A DNA stretch of 64,000 nucleotides from an uncultured Gammaproteobacteria bacterium (GTDB taxonomy: Bacteria > Pseudomonadota > Gammaproteobacteria > Steroidobacterales > Steroidobacteraceae), in the NCBI GenBank assembly GCA_963843035.1, contig CAWJIS010000002.1, positions 249,243-313,242 on the forward strand, in the 5' to 3' direction. Made by a program: the position numbers and the translations under genes. Every line of letters begins with the position of its first letter. Positions within the stretch are counted from its first letter, which is position 1. A model generated the notes under the pieces. It saw only the letters and a program-made list of their open reading frames with translations. It made no database searches and was not told the origin of the DNA. Below, one piece after another: positions 9,517-17,631 of this stretch.

Positions 9517-10647
9517 TCAGGCGAGGGCCTGCGCGAGATCCTCCAGCAGATCCTCGGGCTCCTCGATACCGACCGACAAACGCAGGAGACTCTGCGGCGT
9601 GCGTGAGCCGGGTCCCTCGATGGATGCGCGGTGCTCGATCAGGCTCTCGACCCCGCCGAGGCTGGTGGCGCGCGTGAACAGGCGCGTGCGGCTCGCCGTC
9701 CGCAGAGCCGCGTCCGCGCCTCCTGCGATGCACACCGACAGCACCGCGCCGAAGCCGCCGTGCATCTGAGCCGCGGCGAGGGCGTGCGCGGGGTGTGAAG
9801 CGAGCCCGGGATAGAAGACGTGTTCCACCGCCGGATGTGCGGCGAGGAATTCCGCCACCTTGAGCGCCCCCTGACACTGCGCGCGCACGCGCAGGCCGAG
9901 CGTTGCGATGCTCCGGCGCAGCAGCCAGCTGTCGAAGGGCGCGAGCGGCGCGCCCGCCATTCGTTGCCAGGCGCGCAGGCGCTCGAGCAGTGCCTGATCC
10001 TCGCGCACCGCGACCACACCGCTCAACACGTCACTGTGGCCGCCGAGATACTTGGTGCCGCTGTGGACCACGAGGTCGACGCCGAAGGTGAAGGGGCGCT
10101 GGCACACCGGCGTGGCGAAAGTGTTGTCACACACGACCAGCGCTCCGGCATCGTGCCCAATAGCGGCGGCGAGCCTGAGATCGGTGATGTTGAGCAGCGG
10201 ATTGGTGGGAGTCTCGATCCACAGGAGGCGCGCACGGCCGGCAACCGCCGCCTTGATTGCCGCCGGATCACGGAAGTCGACCAACTCGAGCGAGGCGCCG
10301 CGCTGCAGTGCGACTTCGCTGAATTGCTTCTTTGAGCCGTAGTACGCCTCGAGCGGCGCCACCAGCCGCTCGCCCGCGCCGAGCAGGTCCAGCACCGCCA
10401 TGTTGGCCGCGAGCCCGGAGGCGAAGGCGACTGCGCCGGCTCCCCCCTCGAGCGCCGCCACGCAGGATTCGAGCGCGGTGCGGTTGGGAGTGCCCTCGCG
10501 GCTGTAGCGATAGCCGCGCGGGTAGGCGCCGTCGGCGTCGCGCTCGAAGGTGGTGCTGAGGTAGATGGGCTCGGCGATCGAGCCGACCGCCGTGTCGGGG
10601 GAGTGGGCGGCGTGCACGCACAGGGTATTGAGACCGGGGCGTTTCAT
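9517..10647 (-). CDS. Cys/Met-metabolism PLP-dependent enzyme (cystathionine gamma-synthase / beta- or gamma-lyase family)
   Basis: 376 aa with the PLP-lysine motif HSGTKYLGGHSDVLSGVV and an ETPTNPLL segment. Confidence 0.85.
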   Translation of the reverse strand: MKRPGLNTLCVHAAHSPDTAVGSIAEPIYLSTTFERDADGAYPRGYRYSREGTPNRTALESCVAALEGGAGAVAFASGLAANMAVLDLLGAGERLVAPLEAYYGSKKQFSEVALQRGASLELVDFRDPAAIKAAVAGRARLLWIETPTNPLLNITDLRLAAAIGHDAGALVVCDNTFATPVCQRPFTFGVDLVVHSGTKYLGGHSDVLSGVVAVREDQALLERLRAWQRMAGAPLAPFDSWLLRRSIATLGLRVRAQCQGALKVAEFLAAHPAVEHVFYPGLASHPAHALAAAQMHGGFGAVLSVCIAGGADAALRTASRTRLFTRATSLGGVESLIEHRASIEGPGSRTPQSLLRLSVGIEEPEDLLEDLAQALA

Positions 10648-10717
10648 GGCTGTGAGCGTAACTCACCCGCGCGCCGTCCGGCAGCGCGGTGGGAGCTCCG
10701 GGATGGATCGCGCGAGG

Positions 10718-11035
10718 CTACGCCTGTTTCGGAGTCCAGGAGCTGCACCAGCCAGTGGCCTTGACGGCCTTGCCGGGGAACAGGAGACAGCCGCCCTCGG
10801 CCGAGCCGGCCGCGCCCTGGTAGAGGGTGCAGTTGCCGCACTTACTGCCGGGCTTGGCGCCGCTCGCCTTGCTCGCGTCCGTGGTGTACTTGAGCGCTTT
10901 GGCGGTGGGGTCGTCCGTCGAGACCAGGGGCAAGTCAGCCGCGCTCGCCGTCCTCACGGCGATCGGAATCAGCACCGTGCCGAGAGCGACCTTCTTCAGC
11001 AGCTGACGGCGGGACTCATCGAACACCTGCTTCAT
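10718..11035 (-). CDS. High-potential iron-sulfur protein (HiPIP), Tat-exported
   Basis: Start moved to ATG 11035, which has GAGGAG 6 nt upstream. Twin-arginine signal SRRQLLKK. HiPIP Cys pattern CGNC...C...WC (KCGNCTLY...GGCLLF...GWCSSW). Confidence 0.85.
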   Translation of the reverse strand: MKQVFDESRRQLLKKVALGTVLIPIAVRTASAADLPLVSTDDPTAKALKYTTDASKASGAKPGSKCGNCTLYQGAAGSAEGGCLLFPGKAVKATGWCSSWTPKQA

Positions 11036-11113
11036 GCGATTCTCCTCGACGGCCGTAAACACGCCGCGAAAGATTACGCAAAGCGAGGGCTGCTGGGAAG
11101 TAGTCACAACTAC

Positions 11114-11752
11114 TCATGTGTCCGGCCAGGCGGCGTGCCGTGCCTGGAAGCGGCGCGCCTTCACGCGGTTGCCGCAGACCTTCATGTCGCACCAGCGGCG
11201 CGAGTGATTGCGGCTGGTATCGAGAAACAGCCACCGGCAGGTGTCGGCAGCGCACGCGCGCACCCGCTCCATCGTCGCCGACATCAAGAGCTCGCCGGCA
11301 CTCCGGGCCAGGAGCCACACGGGCAGCTCTGCCCGGGCTTCAAAGCGGCCCCAGTCCCAGGAGAGCGCGCTGCCCCGGGCTCTGCGCTCCCAGCGCAACT
11401 CCCGGTGCTGGCCGGCGCGGCGGAGCTGGCGCTCGAGCGTGCGCAGCGCCGCCGGCGGAGCGGGGCGGCCGTCCACCCTCGCATAGAGCGCCGCGGCCAG
11501 CGCTTCGCGCAGCTGCCGTGCCGAGCGCACCGCGCGTTCCGCGGCGCCGGGCGCCACCTGCGCCAGGCGGCGGGCGCGCCGCGCATCGAGCAGCCGCGTC
11601 TGCTGCGCGAAGCGGAGCAGGGCCGCGTAATCCGTCAATCGCTCGACCGGCCTGCCGGTGCCGAAGCGGTCATCGAGTGAATTGACTAAATCGAGCGCGG
11701 CATGCCCGCCGCACAGGTTGAAGAGCGGGTGGGGCTGATTCGTAGCGGTCAT
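11114..11752 (-). CDS. CGNR zinc-finger (ABATE-domain) putative regulator
   Basis: C-terminal RWLFLDTSRNHSRRWCDMKVCGNRVKARRFQ is the CGNR zinc-finger signature. Divergent from the EamA gene. Confidence 0.8.
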   Translation of the reverse strand: MTATNQPHPLFNLCGGHAALDLVNSLDDRFGTGRPVERLTDYAALLRFAQQTRLLDARRARRLAQVAPGAAERAVRSARQLREALAAALYARVDGRPAPPAALRTLERQLRRAGQHRELRWERRARGSALSWDWGRFEARAELPVWLLARSAGELLMSATMERVRACAADTCRWLFLDTSRNHSRRWCDMKVCGNRVKARRFQARHAAWPDT

Positions 11753-11830
11753 AACCTAACCATTAAAAGTAATTTTACAGGTTATAGAAGCATTGTCTAC
11801 CATAACCACCTATGGAGGTTTCACAGGTTA
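11751..11830. promoter_or_regulatory. AT-rich divergent control region with repeated TAACCT/AGGTTA hexamers
   Basis: Perfect 7-bp inverted repeat ATAACCT (11751..11757) / AGGTTAT (11779..11785) with a 21-bp spacer. Further copies: ATAACC at 11802..11807 and AGGTTA at 11825..11830. CCATA-N6-TATGG spans the EamA start codon. This is the only AT-rich stretch for kilobases. Confidence 0.35.
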
Positions 11831-12774
11831 GAGAGACGGAAGCGGCCGCCGCTGCCCCGCGCCTCGATCCGCGCGAGCTGCTGGCCTTCGCGGCGATCTA
11901 CCTGCTGTGGGGTGCGACCTTCCTCGCGATCCGCGTCGCGGTGGTGGAGATTCCGCCGTTCTTCACGGCCGGGACGCGCTTCCTCACGGCCGGGACGCTG
12001 CTCTACACCTGCATGCGCCTGCGCGGCCAGCCTGCCCCGAGCGGCGCCGAGTGGCGCGGCATCGCGCTCACGGCGCTGTTGCTGTTCGTCGTCACCTACG
12101 GTGCGCTCTTCTGGGCGGAGCAGTACGTGCCCTCGGGACTCACGTCGGTGATCGAGGCGTCACTGCCGCTCATTACGATCGCGCTCGAGGTGTTCGTGTT
12201 CCGCCAGCAGCCCTTTCGCCGGCGGATGCTGGCCGCGGTGGCGCTCGGCTTCGGCGGGATCGCGTGGCTGCTCCTCGGGCGTGATGCGGAGTCGTTCGCG
12301 GTGCTTCCCTGCCTGGTGATCCTGGCCGGGGGCATCGCCTGGTCGCTCGGGGCGGTACTGACCCGCTCGATGCCGCGGCCCGCGTCTCTGCCGCTCACGG
12401 CCGGCGCGCAGATGATGCTCGGCGGTGTGGTGCTGCTGGCGCTCTCTCTCGGCAGCGGCGAGCTGCACTCCACGCCGCACGTCTCGCTGCGCGCGGGGGT
12501 CGCGCTCCTTTATCTCATCGTCGGCGGCTCGTGGCTCGGCTTCACCGCGTACGTATGGCTGCTGGCGCGGATGCCGGTGACGCGCGTGGCGAGCCACGCC
12601 TATGTGAATCCGCTGGTGGCCCTCGCGCTCGGCTACCTCGTGGCCGGGGAGGAGCTGACGCCGCGGATGCTGCTCGCTTCCTCCCTGGTGGTGGCGAGCG
12701 TGTTCCTCATCCTCAGGGACCCGGTGCCGCAGCCGGCACGGCGACCAGGGTACCAGGGGCGCACCGCCAGATAA
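11812..12774 (+). CDS. EamA/DMT-superfamily transporter
   Basis: 320 aa, about ten hydrophobic helices arranged as two EamA repeats (AAIYLLWGATFLAIRVAV...). Confidence 0.8.
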   Translation: MEVSQVRETEAAAAAPRLDPRELLAFAAIYLLWGATFLAIRVAVVEIPPFFTAGTRFLTAGTLLYTCMRLRGQPAPSGAEWRGIALTALLLFVVTYGALFWAEQYVPSGLTSVIEASLPLITIALEVFVFRQQPFRRRMLAAVALGFGGIAWLLLGRDAESFAVLPCLVILAGGIAWSLGAVLTRSMPRPASLPLTAGAQMMLGGVVLLALSLGSGELHSTPHVSLRAGVALLYLIVGGSWLGFTAYVWLLARMPVTRVASHAYVNPLVALALGYLVAGEELTPRMLLASSLVVASVFLILRDPVPQPARRPGYQGRTAR

Positions 12775-12788
12775 GCGCACTCGCGCTT
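12773..12788 (+). terminator. Short stem-loop overlapping the EamA stop codon
   Basis: AAGCGC-ACTC-GCGCTT, a 6-bp GC-rich stem with a 4-nt loop followed by CTT. There is no real U-tract, so it is weak. Confidence 0.25.
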
Positions 12789-12829
12789 CTTAACGCGCGG
12801 CTCACAGCGGGCGGGGTAGCCTCGTTGCG

Positions 12830-12964
12830 ATGAGCAACGTCGATATCGCCTTCTATGTAGTGGGCGCCCTGTTCGTCGTCTACGTGGTGGCGGCTACGTG
12901 GCGTTCGAAGGATCAGGATCCGCACGCGCGCAATCACGACCGAGGACGCCTTCCGGGCCGATAG
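12830..12964 (+). CDS. Possible small single-TM protein (44 aa), below the ORF-track length cutoff
   Basis: ATG 12830 gives MSNVDIAFYVVGALFVVYVVAATWRSKDQDPHARNHDRGRLPGR, then TAG. G/C-biased third positions like real genes here. It lies in an otherwise unassigned gap of about 290 bp. No clear SD. Confidence 0.25.
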   Translation: MSNVDIAFYVVGALFVVYVVAATWRSKDQDPHARNHDRGRLPGR

Positions 12965-13068
12965 TCGGGTCCACGTCCTGGTGAGGCTCCGGAACACCCG
13001 CTGCGCATAACTACGGATGGCGGGCGCAGCGTCCCGAGGCAGACTCCGCTGGCAAGAAGGAGTTTGCG

Positions 13069-13644
13069 ATGTCAGTGTCAGGGCCCAGGCCGCGCAGGTG
13101 GTCAACGTTAGTGCTCGCGGGAGTACTGTCCGCTCTTGCGCTGGCGGCGTGCGAGACGATTCACGTCTCGAGCGACTTTGATCGCACGGCGAGCTTCACC
13201 GGCTACCACTCCTTCGCCTGGCTACCGCGCGAGCACCATGGCACGGCCAACCCGCTGGTGGTACAGCGGGCTCACGATGCCATCCAGTCCGAGCTGACAG
13301 CCCGGGGCTTCACCTACAGCGAAAATGCCGCGGCTGCCGATTTCGTCGTCGACTTTACTATCGGCTCGCGCGAACGCATCGACGTGCAGTCCTACCCGTC
13401 GGCCTACGTGGGCCCTGGCTGGTGGGGCCCTGGCTGGTGGGGTTATCCCTACTGGGGCACGGATGTGGATGTACGCCAGTATCGCGAGGGGACACTTTCA
13501 ATAGACGTCTTCGACGCGCACAGCCACCGGGCCGTGTGGCACGGCTGGGTCAAGAAGGAGCTGACGCGCTCGGACATCGAGAATTCCGCAGCGCCTATTC
13601 GGGCCGCGGTAGCCGCGGTGCTGGCCAGGTTCCCGCCGTCGTGA
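13069..13644 (+). CDS. DUF4136-family lipoprotein
   Basis: AAGGAG 7 nt upstream of the ATG. Lipobox LAAC. ...SSDFDRTASFTGYHSFAW... and ...GTLSIDVFDA...VWHGW are typical of DUF4136. Confidence 0.75.
   Translation: MSVSGPRPRRWSTLVLAGVLSALALAACETIHVSSDFDRTASFTGYHSFAWLPREHHGTANPLVVQRAHDAIQSELTARGFTYSENAAAADFVVDFTIGSRERIDVQSYPSAYVGPGWWGPGWWGYPYWGTDVDVRQYREGTLSIDVFDAHSHRAVWHGWVKKELTRSDIENSAAPIRAAVAAVLARFPPS
13411..13440 (+). repeat. Perfect 2 x 15-bp tandem duplication inside the DUF4136 gene
   Basis: GGCCCTGGCTGGTGG occurs twice back to back, encoding GPGWW-GPGWW. Confidence 0.9.
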
Positions 13645-13702
13645 TGTGACGCGCCGAGCGGGGCGGGGCGGCGACTAGCGCAAATCCGCGGCAGGAACCG
13701 GG

Positions 13703-13906
13703 TCAGGAGCGCGTGGTGCGACGTGTTGGGCTCTTTTCCGGCGGATTCCACGGCCGGCCGGTGCGCTCCTCGATGTAGCGTCTGATCAGCCGCCGCACGA
13801 CCTGCGAAGGGGTCGCGTCTTCCTCGGCACACAGGCGCTCGAACAGCGTCTTCTTGCGCGGGTCGATGAGGATGGTCAGGCGTGCGGTGCGAATTTCGAC
13901 AGGCAA
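13703..13906 (-). CDS. Ribbon-helix-helix (CopG/Arc-like) protein
   Basis: ORF 13703..13975 with ARLTILIDPRKKTLFERLCAEEDATPSQVVRRLIRRYIEE, an RHH fold pattern. I prefer the internal TTG at 13906, because GTG 13975 would sit 6 bp from the divergent GTG of the next gene. Start uncertain. Confidence 0.55.
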   Translation of the reverse strand: MPVEIRTARLTILIDPRKKTLFERLCAEEDATPSQVVRRLIRRYIEERTGRPWNPPEKSPTRRTTRS

Positions 13907-13947
13907 TGCGCTACTCCGACGATGGGACGCGCGGCGTCTAATACTAT

Positions 13948-13953
13948 TATAAT
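13948..13953 (+). promoter_or_regulatory. Candidate -10 element for the hydrogenase-like operon
   Basis: Perfect TATAAT within the local AT-rich patch CTAATACTATTATAATCC, 28 nt upstream of GTG 13981. No convincing -35 element. Confidence 0.3.
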
Positions 13954-13980
13954 CCAGCGCGTACTTCAGTAGCACCGTCT

Positions 13981-15990
13981 GTGACGCCCGCGCCGCCGTA
14001 CTCGCCCCTCAACGCCTGCCTGGTGCTCCTGCTTGTCTGGGGAGTCATCGGTCTGGCGGGGCTGTTGCGCCCTACCAGCCTCAAGTTTGTCGGCCGCACC
14101 CTCTTTCCGATCAGCGCGCTATGCGGCGTCGCGCTGGCCGCGGTCGCCGCATGGGGCCTGGGAGTCGCGCCCGAGCGGACGATTCTCGCCATCGGACTGC
14201 CCGACCTTCCGGTACACCTGCGGCGCGACGGGCTGAGCAGCGTGTTTCTGTTCCTGCTCGGGGCGGCCTCGGCGGGCATCTCGATATTTGCCGCGGGCTA
14301 TTTCCGCCGGGGGCACGGCACGTCGGCGGGCCTCTTGTGCCTGCAGTACCACCTGTTCCTGGCGAGCATGGGCGTGGTGATGCTGGCCGACGACGCCTAC
14401 GCGTTCATGGTCTCGTGGGAGACGATGGCGCTGTCGTCCTACTTTCTCGTGACCACGCAGCACGGCTTGCCCGAGATCCGGCGCGCAGGGTTCCTGTATC
14501 TCCTGATCGCCCACGTCGGTGCAACCGCCATCCTGCTCGCCTTTGGCGTGATGCAGGGCGGCAGCTGGCAATTCACCTTCGAGGCGATGCGCGGTGCGCG
14601 GCTGCCAGCGCCCTGGGCCGCCGCCGCGTTCCTGCTCGCACTGTTCGGCTTCGGCGCGAAGGCGGGACTCGTGCCGCTGCACGTCTGGCTGCCCGAAGCA
14701 CATCCCGCCGCGCCCTCGCCGGTCTCGGCTCTTATGAGCGGCGTGATGCTCAAGACCGCCGTATACGGAGTGCTGCGGGTCACCTTCGATCTTCTCGGAC
14801 AGCCGGTGTGGTGGTGGGGCGTCGTGGCGCTCGCCGTCGGGCTGTTCACGGCGCTGTACGGCGTGGTGTTCGCCGCGGCGCAGAGCGACATGAAGCGGCT
14901 GCTGGCGTACTCCTCGATCGAGAACATCGGAATTATTTTCACGGCGTTCGGGCTGGCGATCGTCTTTCGTGGGGTCGGCATGCCGATGCTGGCGGCGCTC
15001 GCCCTGATCGCACTCCTTTACCACTGCCTCAACCACGCCTTCATGAAGAGCCTGCTGTTCCTTGGCACCGGGGCGGTGTTGCATTCGACCGGCGAGCGCA
15101 ATCTCGGTCGCCTCGGCGGCCTCATTCATCGCATGCCGTGGGTGGCATGGCTCACGCTGGTCGGTGCACTCGCGCTCGCGGGCCTGCCGCCGCTCAACGG
15201 CTTCGTGTCGGAGTGGCTGCTGCTGCAGGCCTTCCTGTTCGCCCACGAGGTGCCTCATACCTTCGTCAACATGCTGCTGCCGCTGGGGGCGGCGGTGGTG
15301 GTGCTCGCGGCGGCGCTGGCGGCCTACGTGATGGTCAAGTTCTTCGGCGTGATCTTCCTCGGACAGCCACGGGAAGCTACGCTCGCCCGCGCACACGACG
15401 CGGGAGTCCTGCAACGTCTCGGCCTGGCGTGGCTCGCGGCGGGGTGCATTGCGCTCGCCCTGTTCCCCACTCAGATCATCAACCTTCTGCGCGGCGTCGT
15501 AAGAGAGCTGAGCGGCGCCGATTTGCCGGGACAGGCCGCTCCCTGGTGGCTGCTCGAGCCGATACCCGGCCGCCAGGCCTCCTACTCGGCCCTCGGGTTC
15601 CTCCTCGCCCTGACGGCGGTCGTGCTGCTCACCATCCTCGGCGTACGCCTCTTCTATCACCGGCGGGTACGGCGCGCGGATCCCTGGGATTGCGGCTTTG
15701 CCAGGCTCGATGCCCGCATGCAGGACACGGCCGAGGGCTTCGGTCAGCCGATCCGGCACATTTTCGCGCAGTTCTTCCTGCTGCGGCGTGAGCTGCCTTC
15801 GCCGTTCGATCGGGCTCCGCGCTACCGCGTCGTGATCGGCGACCGCATCTGGCTGCGCCTCTACGAGCCGCTCGGCGGGCTGGTGCAGCGCATTGCGGAT
15901 GGCTTCGCCTGGGTGCAGCAGGGACGCATCGCCACCTATCTCCTCTACAGCTTCATCACGCTGGTGGCGCTGCTCGCGCTGGTGCTATGA
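13981..15990 (+). CDS. HyfB/HycC-like antiporter-type membrane subunit (NuoL/M/N family) of a group-4-hydrogenase-like complex
   Basis: 669-aa polytopic protein with Mrp/NuoL-like segments (WETMALSSYFLV, GAKAGLVPLHVWLPEAHPAAPSPVSALMSGVMLK). First gene of a tightly packed six-gene set. Confidence 0.85.
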   Translation: MTPAPPYSPLNACLVLLLVWGVIGLAGLLRPTSLKFVGRTLFPISALCGVALAAVAAWGLGVAPERTILAIGLPDLPVHLRRDGLSSVFLFLLGAASAGISIFAAGYFRRGHGTSAGLLCLQYHLFLASMGVVMLADDAYAFMVSWETMALSSYFLVTTQHGLPEIRRAGFLYLLIAHVGATAILLAFGVMQGGSWQFTFEAMRGARLPAPWAAAAFLLALFGFGAKAGLVPLHVWLPEAHPAAPSPVSALMSGVMLKTAVYGVLRVTFDLLGQPVWWWGVVALAVGLFTALYGVVFAAAQSDMKRLLAYSSIENIGIIFTAFGLAIVFRGVGMPMLAALALIALLYHCLNHAFMKSLLFLGTGAVLHSTGERNLGRLGGLIHRMPWVAWLTLVGALALAGLPPLNGFVSEWLLLQAFLFAHEVPHTFVNMLLPLGAAVVVLAAALAAYVMVKFFGVIFLGQPREATLARAHDAGVLQRLGLAWLAAGCIALALFPTQIINLLRGVVRELSGADLPGQAAPWWLLEPIPGRQASYSALGFLLALTAVVLLTILGVRLFYHRRVRRADPWDCGFARLDARMQDTAEGFGQPIRHIFAQFFLLRRELPSPFDRAPRYRVVIGDRIWLRLYEPLGGLVQRIADGFAWVQQGRIATYLLYSFITLVALLALVL

Positions 15991-16937
15991 GACCGATCGA
16001 GCTTCTCACCCAGTTGCTGGAGCTCGCGGCCGCGCTCGCCGCGGCGCCGCTGTTCCTCGGCTGGATCAATCAGTGCCGTGCGTGGCTGCAGAACCGCACT
16101 GCCCCCAGCATCTGGCTCCCGTACCGCGGCATTCGCAAGCTCTTCCACAAGGACGCCGTGATTGCAGGGAACGCCTCGCAGCTCTTTCGCCTCGCTCCCT
16201 ACATCACCTTCGGCGCGATGGTGGTTGCCGCCGGCATTATTCCCTCGATGGGCACCCGGCTGCCGTTCACGCGCATCGCCGACGCGATCGCGCTGGTCGG
16301 GCTGCTCGCCACGGCCCGGGTATTCATATCGCTCGCGGCCATGGACATCGGCACCGCCTTCGGCACTCTCGGCGCGCGGCGCGAGATGATGGTCGGGTTC
16401 CTCGCCGAGCCGGCGCTGCTCATGATCATCTTCGTCGCCTCGCTCATCTCCTCGACCACCGCGCTGCCGGCGATCACCGAGCACCTGGCGACCCAGACGC
16501 TCGGCCTCTACCCGAGCCTGGCCTTCACGGCAGTCGCCTTCACCATGGTGCTGCTCGCCGAGAATGCGCGCATCCCGATCGACAACCCTGCCACCCATCT
16601 CGAGCTCACCATGATCCATGAGGCGCCGCTGCTCGAGTACTCGGCGCGTCATCTGGCGCTCATGGAATGGGCGGCCGCGCTCAAGCTCTTCAACTACGCC
16701 TGCATCGGCTTTGCGCTCTTCATTCCCTGGGGAGTGTCGACCGGCCAGGGCGGTCCGCTGGCCCTGTTCGGCTCGATTCCGGTGCTCGCTGCCAAGCTCA
16801 TCGCCGCAGGCGGCGTGCTCGCCCTGATTGAAACCGTGTCCGCCAAGCTGCGGGTGTTCCGGGCGCCGGAGTTCCTCGCCACGGCATTTCTCTTTGCGGT
16901 GCTCGGTCTGCTGGTGCACCTGCTGCTGGGAGCTTAG
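15987..16937 (+). CDS. HycD/HyfC-like membrane subunit (NuoH family)
   Basis: 316 aa, overlaps the previous stop by 4 nt. NuoH/HycD-like helices and the conserved AENARIPIDNPATHLELTMIHEA loop. Confidence 0.85.
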   Translation: MRPIELLTQLLELAAALAAAPLFLGWINQCRAWLQNRTAPSIWLPYRGIRKLFHKDAVIAGNASQLFRLAPYITFGAMVVAAGIIPSMGTRLPFTRIADAIALVGLLATARVFISLAAMDIGTAFGTLGARREMMVGFLAEPALLMIIFVASLISSTTALPAITEHLATQTLGLYPSLAFTAVAFTMVLLAENARIPIDNPATHLELTMIHEAPLLEYSARHLALMEWAAALKLFNYACIGFALFIPWGVSTGQGGPLALFGSIPVLAAKLIAAGGVLALIETVSAKLRVFRAPEFLATAFLFAVLGLLVHLLLGA

Positions 16938-16942
16938 AAGCC

Positions 16943-17629
16943 GTGAGTGGTGTCCCCCTGATCCTGCAGCTGCTGAACTTCTGCGCCGCGCTGTTGCTGC
17001 TGCTGTCGTTCGCGATGCTGTCACAGCGCCGCATCGTGAATCTGGTCAATCTGCTCGCCCTGCAGGGAAGCGTGCTGCTGCTCGCAACGCTGCTGCTGGC
17101 CGCGCGCACCGGACAGCATCACCTGTACCTCTCTGCGGCGCTCACGCTCGGCCTCAAGGTAATCCTGCTGCCGTGGCTGCTGCATCGCCTGATCCGCCGG
17201 CTCGGTGTCTACTGGGACGCCGAGCCGCTGCTCAACATCTCCGGGACGATGCTGGCCGGCGTGCTGATCGTGGTATTCGCGTTCGGCCTCGCCCAGCCGA
17301 TCTCGCAGCTCGCCAGCACCGCGACCCGTAACGCGATCGGCATCGCCGTCGCGGTCGTGCTGCTTTCCTTTCTCATGATGATCACGCGCCGCAAGGCCAT
17401 GTCCCAGGTGGTGGGCTTCCTGTCGATGGAGAACGGCCTGTTCTTCGGCGCCATGAGCGCGACCTACGGCATGCCGATGGTCGTCGAATTCGGCGTCGCG
17501 CTCGATGTGCTGGTGGCGGTGCTGGTGCTCGGCATCTTCTTCTTCCAGATCCGCGAGCAGTTCGACAGCCTCGACCTGCACCACCTGGAGGCGCTCAAGG
17601 AGGAAGCCGCCGGGAGGAGGGGGGGTTAA
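16943..17629 (+). CDS. HyfE-like small membrane subunit
   Basis: 228 aa. FLSMENGLFFGAM matches the hydrogenase-4 component E family motif. Confidence 0.8.
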   Translation: MSGVPLILQLLNFCAALLLLLSFAMLSQRRIVNLVNLLALQGSVLLLATLLLAARTGQHHLYLSAALTLGLKVILLPWLLHRLIRRLGVYWDAEPLLNISGTMLAGVLIVVFAFGLAQPISQLASTATRNAIGIAVAVVLLSFLMMITRRKAMSQVVGFLSMENGLFFGAMSATYGMPMVVEFGVALDVLVAVLVLGIFFFQIREQFDSLDLHHLEALKEEAAGRRGG

Positions 17630-17631
17630 GC

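Noticed and set aside
10718-11035. HiPIP as the PioC-like partner of the porin-cytochrome genes, which would imply a PioABC-style Fe(II) oxidation system.
   Set aside because: It lies about 35 kb from mtrCAB with dozens of unrelated genes between, and the conduit includes an MtrC-type outer cytochrome. The window offers no evidence for a functional link.
11099-11114. AGTAGT-CACA-ACTACT stem-loop just after the CGNR gene stop, as a possible terminator.
   Set aside because: The stem is 6 bp and AT-rich, with no U-tract. It is too weak to call, though it could equally be part of the HiPIP promoter region.
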